64,000 nt of DNA. Origin: Gammaproteobacteria bacterium. Lineage in GTDB: Bacteria > Pseudomonadota > Gammaproteobacteria > GCA-001735895. The position numbers and the translations under genes were made by a program. Under the pieces are notes generated by a model. The model did no database searches. It saw nothing but the letters and a program-made list of their open reading frames with translations, and was not told the DNA's origin. The stretch is taken from NCBI GenBank assembly GCA_050298595.1, contig JBNKUM010000094.1:1-64000 (forward strand). Direction: 5' to 3'. Of the stretch, positions 1-8,964 are shown in pieces. How positions within the stretch are numbered: position 1 is the first letter of the stretch; every line of letters starts with the position of its first letter.

Positions 1-140
1 GGACGTATTGAACCGCGAGCGGTTAAACGAAGGCCGAAACCCTTTCCTCTGCTCACTATGCCACGTATTCAGGCTAAAGAAATTGTGCGAAAATATGGAC
101 ATCCTAAAAAGCAACGATAATGCTTAAGTCAGTGCCATTC
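1..140 (+). mobile_element. 3' end of an IS4-family element: transposase C-terminus (1-120) plus right terminal repeat
   Basis: Frame 1 reads GRIEPRAVKRRPKPFPLLTMPRIQAKEIVRKYGHPKKQR*, typical of an IS4-family transposase tail. It is followed by CTTAAGTCAGTGCCATT, an IS4-like end. The element runs off the window edge. Confidence 0.75.
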
Positions 141-820
141 GGGACAGACCACGGTTTATTGGCATTTAAATTAAAAATAAAGGTAACTACTCAGCGTAAT
201 ACCGTCAGTCGATAAACCTTACTCACAAAGATCAGGCAGTTGGCCATCAAAAAGTAATCTCAGTGCCTGCGAAGCAGATAAATTTTGCTTACGACAAGAG
301 GAAAGATAACCTCTCACACGACAGAATATTTTTGCGCCCTCAGCGCTACGAAAACATCCTGATATTTTTTGCTGTAATAATAGGGGACAGACCACAATTA
401 ATTGACCTCTCTGATCTATTGATCAAGAATAATAATAGGGGACAGACCACAATTAATTGACCTCTCTGATCTATTGATCAAGAATGGGGGTTATTTTAAT
501 ACACAGTAGGATGTGAAAATGCCGCGTAGATCACGCTTATGGAATAATAGGGGACAGACCACGGTTTATTGACATTTAGAAATAATAGGGGACAGACCAC
601 GGTTTATTGACATTTAAGATTCGAATGGAATAATCCGAGTGAGATATCAACAAAAGTCAGGATGACCAAAAATGCCCAGAAGAGCCCGCCTATCCGTTCC
701 AGGAATTCCCTGGCAAAAATAATCGGGGACAGACCACGGTTTATGGAATAATAGGGGGCAGACCGCGGTTTATTGATAGGAGGAATAATAGGGGACAGAC
801 CACGGTTTATTGACATTTAA
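141..820 (+). repeat. Array of 8 direct repeats, consensus AATAATAGGGGACAGACCAC(GGTTTATTGACATTTA), upstream of the RAYT gene
   Basis: Copies start at 141 (5'-truncated), 376, 431, 543, 581, 718, 747 (variant) and 784. There is an exact 55-bp tandem duplication (376-430/431-485) and a 135-bp duplication (581-715 vs 784-918) with 3 mismatches. Confidence 0.95.
183..375 (-). mobile_element. 3' remnant of an IS66-family (ISBst12-like) element
   Basis: Minus strand 374-219 reads QQKISGCFRSAEGAKIFCRVRGYLSSCRKQNLSASQALRLLFDGQLPDLCE*. Terminal sequence GTAACTACTCAGC at 183-195. Confidence 0.75.
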
Positions 821-837
821 GAATCGAATGGAATAAT
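810..837 (+). promoter_or_regulatory. Sigma70-like promoter of the RAYT gene, with its -35 embedded in the repeat
   Basis: TTGACA (810-815), 16-bp spacer, TG-n-AATAAT (832-837). Duplicate at 607-634; variant TTGACC-17-AAGAAT at 402-430 and 457-485. Confidence 0.6.
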
Positions 838-874
838 CCGGGTGAGATATCAACAAAAGTCAGGATGACCAAAG

Positions 875-1570
875 ATGCCCAGAAGAGCCCGCCTATCCGT
901 TCCAGGAATTCCCTGGCATATTATTCAAAGGGGAAACAACCGTTCTGCCTGTTTCTATTCCGATGAGGATTATCAGTTTTATCTAGAACGTCTCAAGGAG
1001 CTAGCGGAAAAATTTAGTTGTGATATTCATGCTTATGTTCTGATGACTAACCATGTACATTTGTTGCTGACTCCGGGCAAGAGAGATAGTGCGGCACTAT
1101 TGATGAAGAATTTGGGGCAGCGCTATGTTCAGTATGTTAATCATACTTACCGCAGAAGCGGCACTCTTTGGGAGGGACGATTTCGCTCCTGTTTAACTCA
1201 GTCAGAGGACTATGTCCTGGCCTGTTATCGTTATATCGAACTGAATCCGGTTCGTGCAGACATGGTGGCTCATCCGAGGGACTATCCCTGGTCAAGTTAT
1301 AAGTGTAATGCAGAGGGGAAGGCAAATAATTTAATCATACCACATGAACAATATATGCTTCTGGATCAGCTCGATAAACCCAGAAGAACCGCTTACCGGG
1401 CATTGTTCAGATCGCATTTTGATGAGGATCTGTATAAGCAGATCCGGCAATCAACCAATGGAAATTTTGTTTTGGGTAGTAGTCGTTTTCAGAAAGAAAT
1501 CGAAGAGGCGCTTGGTCGGAGAGTTACACCGGGAAAGTCGGGGAGACCTATTAAGAAGGATTTGATCTGA
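875..1570 (+). CDS. REP-associated tyrosine transposase (RAYT/TnpA-REP; IS200/IS605-superfamily Y1 HUH nuclease)
   Basis: MPRRAR...HIIQRGNNR start, HUH motif MTNHVHLL, LWEGRF, catalytic YIELNPVRA, YPWSSY. Adjacent repeat array. Confidence 0.9.
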   Translation: MPRRARLSVPGIPWHIIQRGNNRSACFYSDEDYQFYLERLKELAEKFSCDIHAYVLMTNHVHLLLTPGKRDSAALLMKNLGQRYVQYVNHTYRRSGTLWEGRFRSCLTQSEDYVLACYRYIELNPVRADMVAHPRDYPWSSYKCNAEGKANNLIIPHEQYMLLDQLDKPRRTAYRALFRSHFDEDLYKQIRQSTNGNFVLGSSRFQKEIEEALGRRVTPGKSGRPIKKDLI

Positions 1571-1574
1571 GTGA

Positions 1575-2414
1575 TTATACGTTGTTTTCTTTCCGTTTAA
1601 TAAAAATATGGGTGGGATCGTTTTTGTTTATTTGGAGGTAACTTTTACCATTTGCCGATTGTTTACATCAACCAAAAGCAATGGCATAGCAACCTGAGAA
1701 ATCATACGCTTCCTGTATGCTCAAAGTCTCTATTAAGGTTGCTTTCATTGTATGAATCGGAATGCTGATGTCATCTTTACCAGCAGTATTTAACCAGTCC
1801 ATATTTTGGTCGGCAAAGCTGATCATTCCCCAGAATATATGAGGTTTGCGGTCATCAGGAACTGCGTCTTCAAATTTGACAAAAAGGTTTTTAGCGCTCC
1901 ATTTATGCTTAGAGGAGGTTTGTATTCAGGTATTGGATTTAGAAAAACCAGGTGATCGAATCAAATAATTGAGTAAGGTTTTTAGGTCTCGATTGGCAAT
2001 AGTATGTTTAATTGGCTCTTTAATGTGCTGATGATGTAAATGATCCTGGTTATTGGTGGAAACAGTCTGTATTGCAGTGTTGTTGTTATGTTTTTGGGTT
2101 TGTTTAAGCGCTAATTCAAAGTTGATTCTTATTTCATTGTTAGCCTTGAGTATCTTTGAAATATCTTCAATGTCCTGTTGTTCATCTACGGTAAGAGTGG
2201 ATGATCCTGGAGAGCAGCCTTCATTGTGAGGTCTGGCTCCGAAGCAGGCTTCCTTACCGTCTGTGGATTTTTTACGATAATATGCTTTTGCACCACAGGA
2301 TGGGCAGAAAAGATGATTACGCTGGTGAGATAACTGATGTGTCTGTAATTGGCTAAACTCTCAAACGGTAAGGTTTTTTTTGTGGTTTTTAAATCGATAA
2401 ACTATCTGATCCAT
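1575..2414 (-). pseudogene. 279-codon hypothetical gene with an N-terminal CxxC...C...H...C Zn-finger-like motif, interrupted by three in-frame TGA codons
   Basis: Manual translation from ATG 2414 to TAA 1575 (840 bp, single frame): MDQIVYRFKNHKKNLTV*EFSQ...LFCPSCGAKAYYRKKSTDGKEACFGARPHNEGC...SNT*IQ...FWGMIS...IAFG*CKQ...ENNV. TGA at 2361-2363, 1926-1928 and 1668-1670. Absent from the ORF track. Confidence 0.75.
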
Positions 2415-2488
2415 GAATATTTAACAGATGTAAATTTGTTTTTAATGTTTGTTAATTTTATTGTTTTTTTCAGGGAGACTGGTAGTTG

Positions 2489-3097
2489 TTATTCCTCTTT
2501 TTTGTCATTATTGTAAGCTGATAAGAGAAAACGATTACTGGACTTATTTTCTTTTTCTTCTTCAGGTGCCGAATCATTAATGTCTTTTCTTTGTGCATCA
2601 ATATTTTTCCTGATTTTGACTATCTCATCTAAAATATTTTGCATGTTCTGGTTTAATTCTGGATTATTAATGTTGTTTTCGATACCAGATTGTAAATGTG
2701 CTTGTGCATCTCCAAATTCGTCTTGCGCTAGATGTATCAAGCCTTTTCTAAATAAATTAATGGGGTGATCATCCTCTAGTTTATCCAATGCTAACCATGC
2801 CTGTTCAGCTTCTTTGATGCGTGAGGATGTGGCATAGAGTAATCCTAGCTGGAAGTGGGCTAGATATAAATCTGGGTCTAAATGAGTAGCCAGGCTCATA
2901 TCTTCAATTGCTCTTTCATACATGCCTAAATCAGCATGCTGAGCCCCTAGAAGAAAATGAAATCTTGCGTTGTCAGGGGATAGTTTGATGGCTTGCTTTA
3001 GATATGAAACAGCTTTATCGTTTTCTTTATTTTGACTAGCCTGTAGGGCGAAGTGGAATAATTCATCAGCATCCAGTTGAGTATTAGATTTGTTCAT
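2489..3097 (-). CDS. TPR-repeat protein (202 aa), divergent from the hook-basal-body operon
   Basis: TPR signatures (AIKLSPDNARFHFLLG, AHFQLGLLY). Resembles the 27575-28150 product. Confidence 0.85.
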   Translation of the reverse strand: MNKSNTQLDADELFHFALQASQNKENDKAVSYLKQAIKLSPDNARFHFLLGAQHADLGMYERAIEDMSLATHLDPDLYLAHFQLGLLYATSSRIKEAEQAWLALDKLEDDHPINLFRKGLIHLAQDEFGDAQAHLQSGIENNINNPELNQNMQNILDEIVKIRKNIDAQRKDINDSAPEEEKENKSSNRFLLSAYNNDKKEE

Positions 3098-3279
3098 CGT
3101 GTCCTAATTTGAAAATTCAAAGCTTTAATTTTATCATAAGTAGAAATGGAAAGTATGAAATACAAATCGTAAATATAAATGGAATTAAAAATCTTGAATA
3201 TTGAAATATTTGTTACTAATACTGAATTTGCAATTTGATTTCAGTGAGTTTAGTGGGAATATATTAGGGAGCTTACTTT

Positions 3280-4322
3280 GTAAGCGCCCCAAAATCAGCA
3301 TCTCTTTTTCCTGATAGATTTCCAGAACAATTATCCTGTCTTTAATCACGTAGGAGAATTCCACAAGTACACGGACGCCTTGCCACTGTACCGCTTAGAA
3401 AAAATCCTCAAGCGTTATGGCGGCTCTATCAGCCGAACCACCATGGCCAACTGGATGATCCGACTGGGTGATGTGTTCAAACCGCTGATCAACCTGCTGC
3501 GGGAACAGCAATTATCTGGGGATTATCTGCAGGCGGATGAAACCAGAATGCAAGTGCTCAAGGAGGATGGTAAGTTCGCCACTTTGGATAAATGGATGTG
3601 GTTGATCCGCGGCGGTCCACTACAACAACCAGTGGTGTTGTTTGACTATGATGCCTCACGAAGTGAACAGGTGCCTGTGCGCCTACTTGATGGTTTTACT
3701 GGCGTCCTGCAGACAGACGGCTATGCCGGCTACAACAAGGTCTGTCGTGTTAATGCCATAACCCGTATTGGTTGCTGGGACCATGCCCATCGCAAGTTCG
3801 TGGAGGCGAGCAAGGCGGAAGTCGCCATTGATAAGATCCGAAAGCTGTATGTCATCGAAGGCAGGGTTAAGGGTTTGAGTGTGGCCGAGAAACAAGCGCA
3901 GCGTCAGCAACTGAGCCTGCCTTTACTCAATGAACTCAAAGCATGGCTGAAGCACAATATCAGCAATGTGCCGAAAGACAGCCTGACCCATAAGGACATC
4001 AACTACACACAATGAATCATTGGGAGATCCTAATCGGCTACGGTAAAGACAGCAAACTAAACATTAGCAATGCGCTGGCCGAAAATGCCATCAGATCCTT
4101 TGCGGTGGGCCGCAAGAACTGGCTCTTTAGTGATGCTCATAAAGGGGTCAAAGACAATGCGATCTGCTATAGTCTAATCGAGACGGCCCAGGCCAATGGC
4201 CTGGATTCTTACCAATACATTCGCCATGTACTGGAGAAATCGCTTATGCTGAAACAGTTGAGGATATCGAGGTCTGGCTGTACTGGAATGTTAGCCTATA
4301 AGGCTGATTCTCTAGTGTTTAC
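3280..4322 (+). mobile_element. Internally deleted IS66-family element with frameshifted tnpC fragments (3380-4015, 4012-~4290)
   Basis: LPLYR, LQADET, LQTDGYAGY, GCWDHA, SNALAENAIRSFAVGRKNWLF motifs. Ends GTAAGCGCCCCAAAATCAGC (3280) and revcomp GTAAACACTAGAGAATCAGC (4322). tnpA and tnpB are missing. Confidence 0.85.
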
Positions 4323-4433
4323 GGTATACTTTAGCTTGCTTCGACAATTGTGAATTTTTTAAGTCATTGAAATTAAGTGATATTTTTAAAATCAGGTATT
4401 CATTTGTGGGTGAAAATAGATCTGTTATGGATA

Positions 4434-4471
4434 TATTTGGTTACATGTTATGGTTCTATTTGGTTACATGT
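4434..4471 (+). promoter_or_regulatory. Perfect 15-bp direct repeat TATTTGGTTACATGT x2, candidate regulator site upstream of fliQ
   Basis: Copies at 4434-4448 and 4457-4471 (23-bp period), about 190 bp upstream of the operon start. Confidence 0.5.
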
Positions 4472-4660
4472 GAAATATTTATTATCTTAGACATTCTCCA
4501 GTTTCTAGTTCTAATGTTAAGTTGTTAATATTTAAGGAATATCTTGAAAATTATATAGTTCAGGGAAATTTTTTAATGAGTGAGGATGAAAGAAGGTTGT
4601 TGTGCGGTTCTGGATTTCTGTGTAGATTATAAAAAATAATTTTAGTGTTGTATTTAATAA

Positions 4661-4936
4661 ATGGGTGATATTTCAACGGATTTGGCGCTGGCATTATCAA
4701 ATGAAATGCTCTGGACTGCTGTAATTATTGGCGCGCCTGTTTTAGGGTTGAGTATGCTTATTGGACTACTAGTTAGTATTTTTCAGGTGGTTACTCAGAT
4801 TCAGGAAATGTCATTAACCTTTGTCCCAAAGATTTTAACAGTGGCTATAACACTTGGCGTTTTTGGAGGTTGGATGTTATTGACCTTAATGGAGTTTGCA
4901 CGTTCTGTGATTATCAATATTCCGTCATTTTTTTAA
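4661..4936 (+). CDS. fliQ: Export gate protein FliQ
   Basis: GLLVSIFQVVTQIQEMSLTFVPK motif; 91 aa. Confidence 0.95.
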   Translation: MGDISTDLALALSNEMLWTAVIIGAPVLGLSMLIGLLVSIFQVVTQIQEMSLTFVPKILTVAITLGVFGGWMLLTLMEFARSVIINIPSFF

Positions 4937-4966
4937 GTGCTTTTTATTAAGTAAGGATGTCTGTAA

Positions 4967-5731
4967 GTGACGGTTGATATCTCTATAGCATGGGTTGCTG
5001 CAATTTTATTATTGTCAATCCGATTTGGTGTGGTGATATATCTAGCACCAATGATTGCTGTGGCTAAAATACCAAATCAGGTTATGGTGCCATGGGTTAT
5101 CTCGATATCAGTTGGACTGTTACTAATCTCGAATGTGCAGCCCTTAGATATTAATAATATGGCTGAACTTTTTAGAGCTGCACTGTCGGAATTAGTATTG
5201 GGAAGTTTATTAGCTTTTGGCTTGCTGGCAGCCTTTGCGGCCTTTTTATTGGGTGGAAGAATAATAGATTTTCAAATGGGATTTGGTGTTGCCACCTTGA
5301 TTGATCCGGCAACTCGGACTCAAGCACCGGTTATTGGTAGTATCTTTAATCTTATTGCAATAATGGTTTTTTATACTATAGACGGGCATCATTATTTATT
5401 GCGCGGGTTGGCGTTTTCGGTTGAGAAGGTACCTCCAGGTACATGGATCGGTGATTTTGAAATATCGGTGGTTATTGCGCATTTTGGAGCAATGTTTACA
5501 TTTGCAATCGCAGTTGCTGCGCCAGTTATTTTTAGTATTTTATTGTTAGATATAGGTCTAGCCGTGATGGCAAGGACTATGCCACAAATGAATGTATTTA
5601 TTGTTAGCCTACCACTCAAGATATTCACGGGCTTAAGTGTTACCGCTTTGATGATACATTCACTAGTGCCATTAATGGAGAAAATATTTGAGGTGATTTT
5701 TGTATTTTGGCAAAAAATATTGGGACCTTAA
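4967..5731 (+). CDS. fliR: Export gate protein FliR
   Basis: GRIIDFQMGFG, ARTMPQMNVFIVSLPLK; hydrophobic, 254 aa. Confidence 0.95.
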   Translation: MTVDISIAWVAAILLLSIRFGVVIYLAPMIAVAKIPNQVMVPWVISISVGLLLISNVQPLDINNMAELFRAALSELVLGSLLAFGLLAAFAAFLLGGRIIDFQMGFGVATLIDPATRTQAPVIGSIFNLIAIMVFYTIDGHHYLLRGLAFSVEKVPPGTWIGDFEISVVIAHFGAMFTFAIAVAAPVIFSILLLDIGLAVMARTMPQMNVFIVSLPLKIFTGLSVTALMIHSLVPLMEKIFEVIFVFWQKILGP

Positions 5732-5833
5732 TCGCTTTTTAGATTAAGGAATGGGATTTGGATTTTTGGAGTGGAGTTTTGGGTTCAGTATCTCAAGCTA
5801 ATGAGGTGTTGTTGATCCCAATGTTGAAAAATC

Positions 5834-6907
5834 GTGGCAGAACAGGAACAGGATAGAACGGAACAGGCGACCCCTTTTAAGCTAAAGGAGGCCAAGAAGC
5901 GCGGGCAGGTGCCGAAAAGCCTGGAAGTGAATTCCTGGTTTGTGATGGCGTCTTTGCTAATGGCTTTATATATTTGGGGTGAAAGCATGATTCGCCAATT
6001 GGGCCGTATGAACCGCTCCATTTTTTCATATTCTGGTAAGCTCAGTTACTCTCCGGATGCGCTACTCAGCTGGCTCGGTGATGTCTTCTTCTCAGCGGCA
6101 TCAGTAATCACTCCTATTATCCTTTTAATAATGATAATCGCCGTTTTGATGAACTTTTTTCAAACCGGTCCAGTATTCAGTTTTTTTCCACTCAAACCAG
6201 ACTTTAACAAGATAAATCCGGTCACTGGTTTTAAACGCATATTCTCCATCAGAACAGTTTATGAAACGATTAAAAGTTTGATTAAGCTCGCGCTGTTTGG
6301 TTCTATTGTATATTTCTTTATCGTTGGCCTGCTACCTACATTACTGGGTTTTATGAATGTTGACCCTGATGCCTACCCCTATTTGTTTTTGCGCAAGGTT
6401 GAGAGCTTGCTCCTGCAATTAATTGGACTTCTTTTTATTATTGCGGCGATCGATATGGTTTATTCCAGAAGGGATTTTTCTGAAAAAATGAAAATGAGCC
6501 AGCGCGAAGTTAAAGAAGAACATAAACGTCGTGAGGGTGATCCTGAAGTTCGTGCCAAGATAAAAGAATTACAACGCGAGGCTTCTAAACGTGCGCAGTC
6601 GCTAAGCAGGGTTCCAGAAGCTGATGTGCTTATTACAAATCCAACACATAGGGCTGTAGCAGTTAAATATGACCGTAAGGTAATGGATGCGCCGCAGGTG
6701 ATTGCCAAAGGAGCGGGTGATTTGGCATTGAAAATGCGGCAGGTGGCAAAAGATAAAAATGTGCCTATTATTGAGCATAAATCTTTGGCTCGTGCTTTAT
6801 TTAAGGAGGTGGCGATTGATCAGGAAATTCCGGCTACTTTTTATGTGCAACTGGCCAAGATACTGGTTCGAATAAGTGGTGGTAGTCGTTTTGCTAAATC
6901 GTATTAA
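5834..6907 (+). CDS. flhB: Export switch protein FlhB
   Basis: RTEQATPFKLKEAKKRGQVPKS, EGDPEVRAK, autocleavage motif NPTH. Confidence 0.95.
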   Translation: MAEQEQDRTEQATPFKLKEAKKRGQVPKSLEVNSWFVMASLLMALYIWGESMIRQLGRMNRSIFSYSGKLSYSPDALLSWLGDVFFSAASVITPIILLIMIIAVLMNFFQTGPVFSFFPLKPDFNKINPVTGFKRIFSIRTVYETIKSLIKLALFGSIVYFFIVGLLPTLLGFMNVDPDAYPYLFLRKVESLLLQLIGLLFIIAAIDMVYSRRDFSEKMKMSQREVKEEHKRREGDPEVRAKIKELQREASKRAQSLSRVPEADVLITNPTHRAVAVKYDRKVMDAPQVIAKGAGDLALKMRQVAKDKNVPIIEHKSLARALFKEVAIDQEIPATFYVQLAKILVRISGGSRFAKSY

Positions 6908-6909
6908 GG

Positions 6910-8964
6910 TTGATTGAGCCGATGTTTAGCCGCTTGCGTCAATTAATTGGGGACCAGTCAGATCTTGTTTTGGTGTTTTCACTGGTGGGGATACTGCTGG
7001 TGTTGTTTACACCTATTCCTCCTGGGTTGCTAGACTTTCTTTTGATTATTAACTTCAGCTTTGCTTTGCTTATTTTACTGCTCACCTTCTACGTAAAAAA
7101 GCCATTACAGTTCTCCACGTTCCCTTCGCTGTTACTAATAGCGACATTATTTCGCCTGTCGTTGAATATTGCTGCAACCCGGCTGATTTTGTCTAACGGG
7201 CATGCTGGAGCGGTGATCGATGCGGTTGGTAATCACGTAGTCGCAGGTAATTACATAATTGGTTTTATCGTCTTTCTGGTTTTGATTGTTGTGCAATATG
7301 TTGTAGTAACCAATGGTGCGCAACGAGTAGCTGAAGTTGCTGCGCGTTTTACTCTGGATAGTATGCCAGGTAAGCAGATGAGTATCGATGCGGATATGAA
7401 TATCGGATTGATCGATGAAAAAGAGGCTCGTGAGCGGCGATTAAATATTGAAAAAGAAGCTAGCTTTTATGGTTCTATGGATGGGGCTAGTAAATTTGTA
7501 AAGGGTGACGCTATTGCGGGCATCATAATTATCATCATCGATATTATTGCCGGGTTAAGTATTGGTATAGCTCAACGAGGTTTGGATTGGGGAGAGGCGT
7601 TACATACTTACACTTTGTTGACGGTAGGTGATGGTATTGTTACGCAGATACCGGCGCTGATAATTTCTACGGCTACCGGCATTATTGTCACTCGTGCCGC
7701 TTCGGATGAGCAGCTTAGTAAAGAAATCTCAAAGCAGATTTTATTATTCCCAAAAATTTTAGTACTGGTGTCGATTGCGTTACTGGTTGCTATGTTTATT
7801 CCGGGTATTCCTACGTTGCCTGTCGCAATGCTTTTAATTATTGTCAGCCTGTTGGCTTTTGTCGCGTTACACAAGAAAAAGCAGGAGTCTTTCGATGAAG
7901 TTGAAGAAGCAGAAAATGCTGAGGGCGAAGACCTTTATGGCATGTTGTCTGTTGAACCTGTTGAGGTTCAAGTAGGGGCCAATCTGATATCCTTGATGGG
8001 AGATAATGAGAGTCAGGTAATGGATAGAATAGCTGCCTTCCGTAAGCAGATTGCTTTGGATTTTGGATTTGTTTTTCCTAAGGTTCGTGTTAAGGATAAT
8101 AAAAAGTTGTCACCTAATAGTTATAAAATTAATGTATTTAATGCTCAGGTTGCTGAGGGAGAGGTTCTTGCAGATAGAACACTGGCGATTAATCCAGGAA
8201 GCACTAAAAGTAAAATTGAAGGGATAGAAACTAAAGACCCTACCTACGGGTTGCCAGCTGTTTGGATCGTCAAAGATCAGGAAAAAACGGCTAAAGAATC
8301 AGGTTATACCTTAGTTGATCCGGAAACAGTTTTTATCACTCATTTGAAAGAAATCATTCGTCAACAGTCAGCAAATTTGTTAACGCGTAATGAGCTTGAA
8401 CTGTTGCTCGAGCGTATTAAACAAAAACATCCAACTCTGATAGAGGAGTTGATACCGTCTGTGCTCCGTTTAGGCGAGATCCAAAAGGTTTTGCAAAACC
8501 TGCTACGTGAGCAGGTCTCAATTAGAAACCTGGAAAGTATTCTAGAGGTGTTACTGGATTATGGGGCTGACGTTAAGGACCCTGAGCTTTTAACTGAGTT
8601 TGTCAGGCAGAGATTAGGTAATGTTATTTGCCAGGCTTTGACCAACGCTCAGGGTGATTTGTATGTGTTAACACTTGATCCAGTTGCAGAGAAGAAAATG
8701 ATGTCTGGCATTCGGAATATCAACGATAAAACGGTTATGGTGCTTGAGCCATCTTTATCGGAGCAGATGATGAGTACTGCGGCTAAACAAGTTGAAAATA
8801 TGATGAGCAATAATTTATTACCTGTGATTATCTGTGCTCCAGAAATACGACGTCATCTGCGTAATTTTACTGAAAGAGCTATGCCTCATCTTTCGATAAT
8901 ATCTTTAGCCGAGGTACCCAATACTGTTTCTTTAAAATCTTTTGGAATGGTGGCTGCTGCATGA
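6910..8964 (+). CDS. flhA: Export protein FlhA (FHIPEP family)
   Basis: RVAEVAARFTLDSMPGKQMSIDAD, FYGSMDGASKFVKGDAIAG; 684 aa. Confidence 0.95.
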   Translation: MIEPMFSRLRQLIGDQSDLVLVFSLVGILLVLFTPIPPGLLDFLLIINFSFALLILLLTFYVKKPLQFSTFPSLLLIATLFRLSLNIAATRLILSNGHAGAVIDAVGNHVVAGNYIIGFIVFLVLIVVQYVVVTNGAQRVAEVAARFTLDSMPGKQMSIDADMNIGLIDEKEARERRLNIEKEASFYGSMDGASKFVKGDAIAGIIIIIIDIIAGLSIGIAQRGLDWGEALHTYTLLTVGDGIVTQIPALIISTATGIIVTRAASDEQLSKEISKQILLFPKILVLVSIALLVAMFIPGIPTLPVAMLLIIVSLLAFVALHKKKQESFDEVEEAENAEGEDLYGMLSVEPVEVQVGANLISLMGDNESQVMDRIAAFRKQIALDFGFVFPKVRVKDNKKLSPNSYKINVFNAQVAEGEVLADRTLAINPGSTKSKIEGIETKDPTYGLPAVWIVKDQEKTAKESGYTLVDPETVFITHLKEIIRQQSANLLTRNELELLLERIKQKHPTLIEELIPSVLRLGEIQKVLQNLLREQVSIRNLESILEVLLDYGADVKDPELLTEFVRQRLGNVICQALTNAQGDLYVLTLDPVAEKKMMSGIRNINDKTVMVLEPSLSEQMMSTAAKQVENMMSNNLLPVIICAPEIRRHLRNFTERAMPHLSIISLAEVPNTVSLKSFGMVAAA

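Noticed and set aside
263-816. ORFs 263-460 (+) and 604-816 (-)
   Set aside because: Translations of the repeat array and the antisense of an IS66 remnant; the repeated peptide INRGLSPII mirrors the DNA repeat.
141-820. Repeat array as a CRISPR
   Set aside because: Intervals vary from 29 to over 200 bp and consist of local RAYT leader or IS sequence, repeats have ragged 3' ends, and there are no cas genes in the window.
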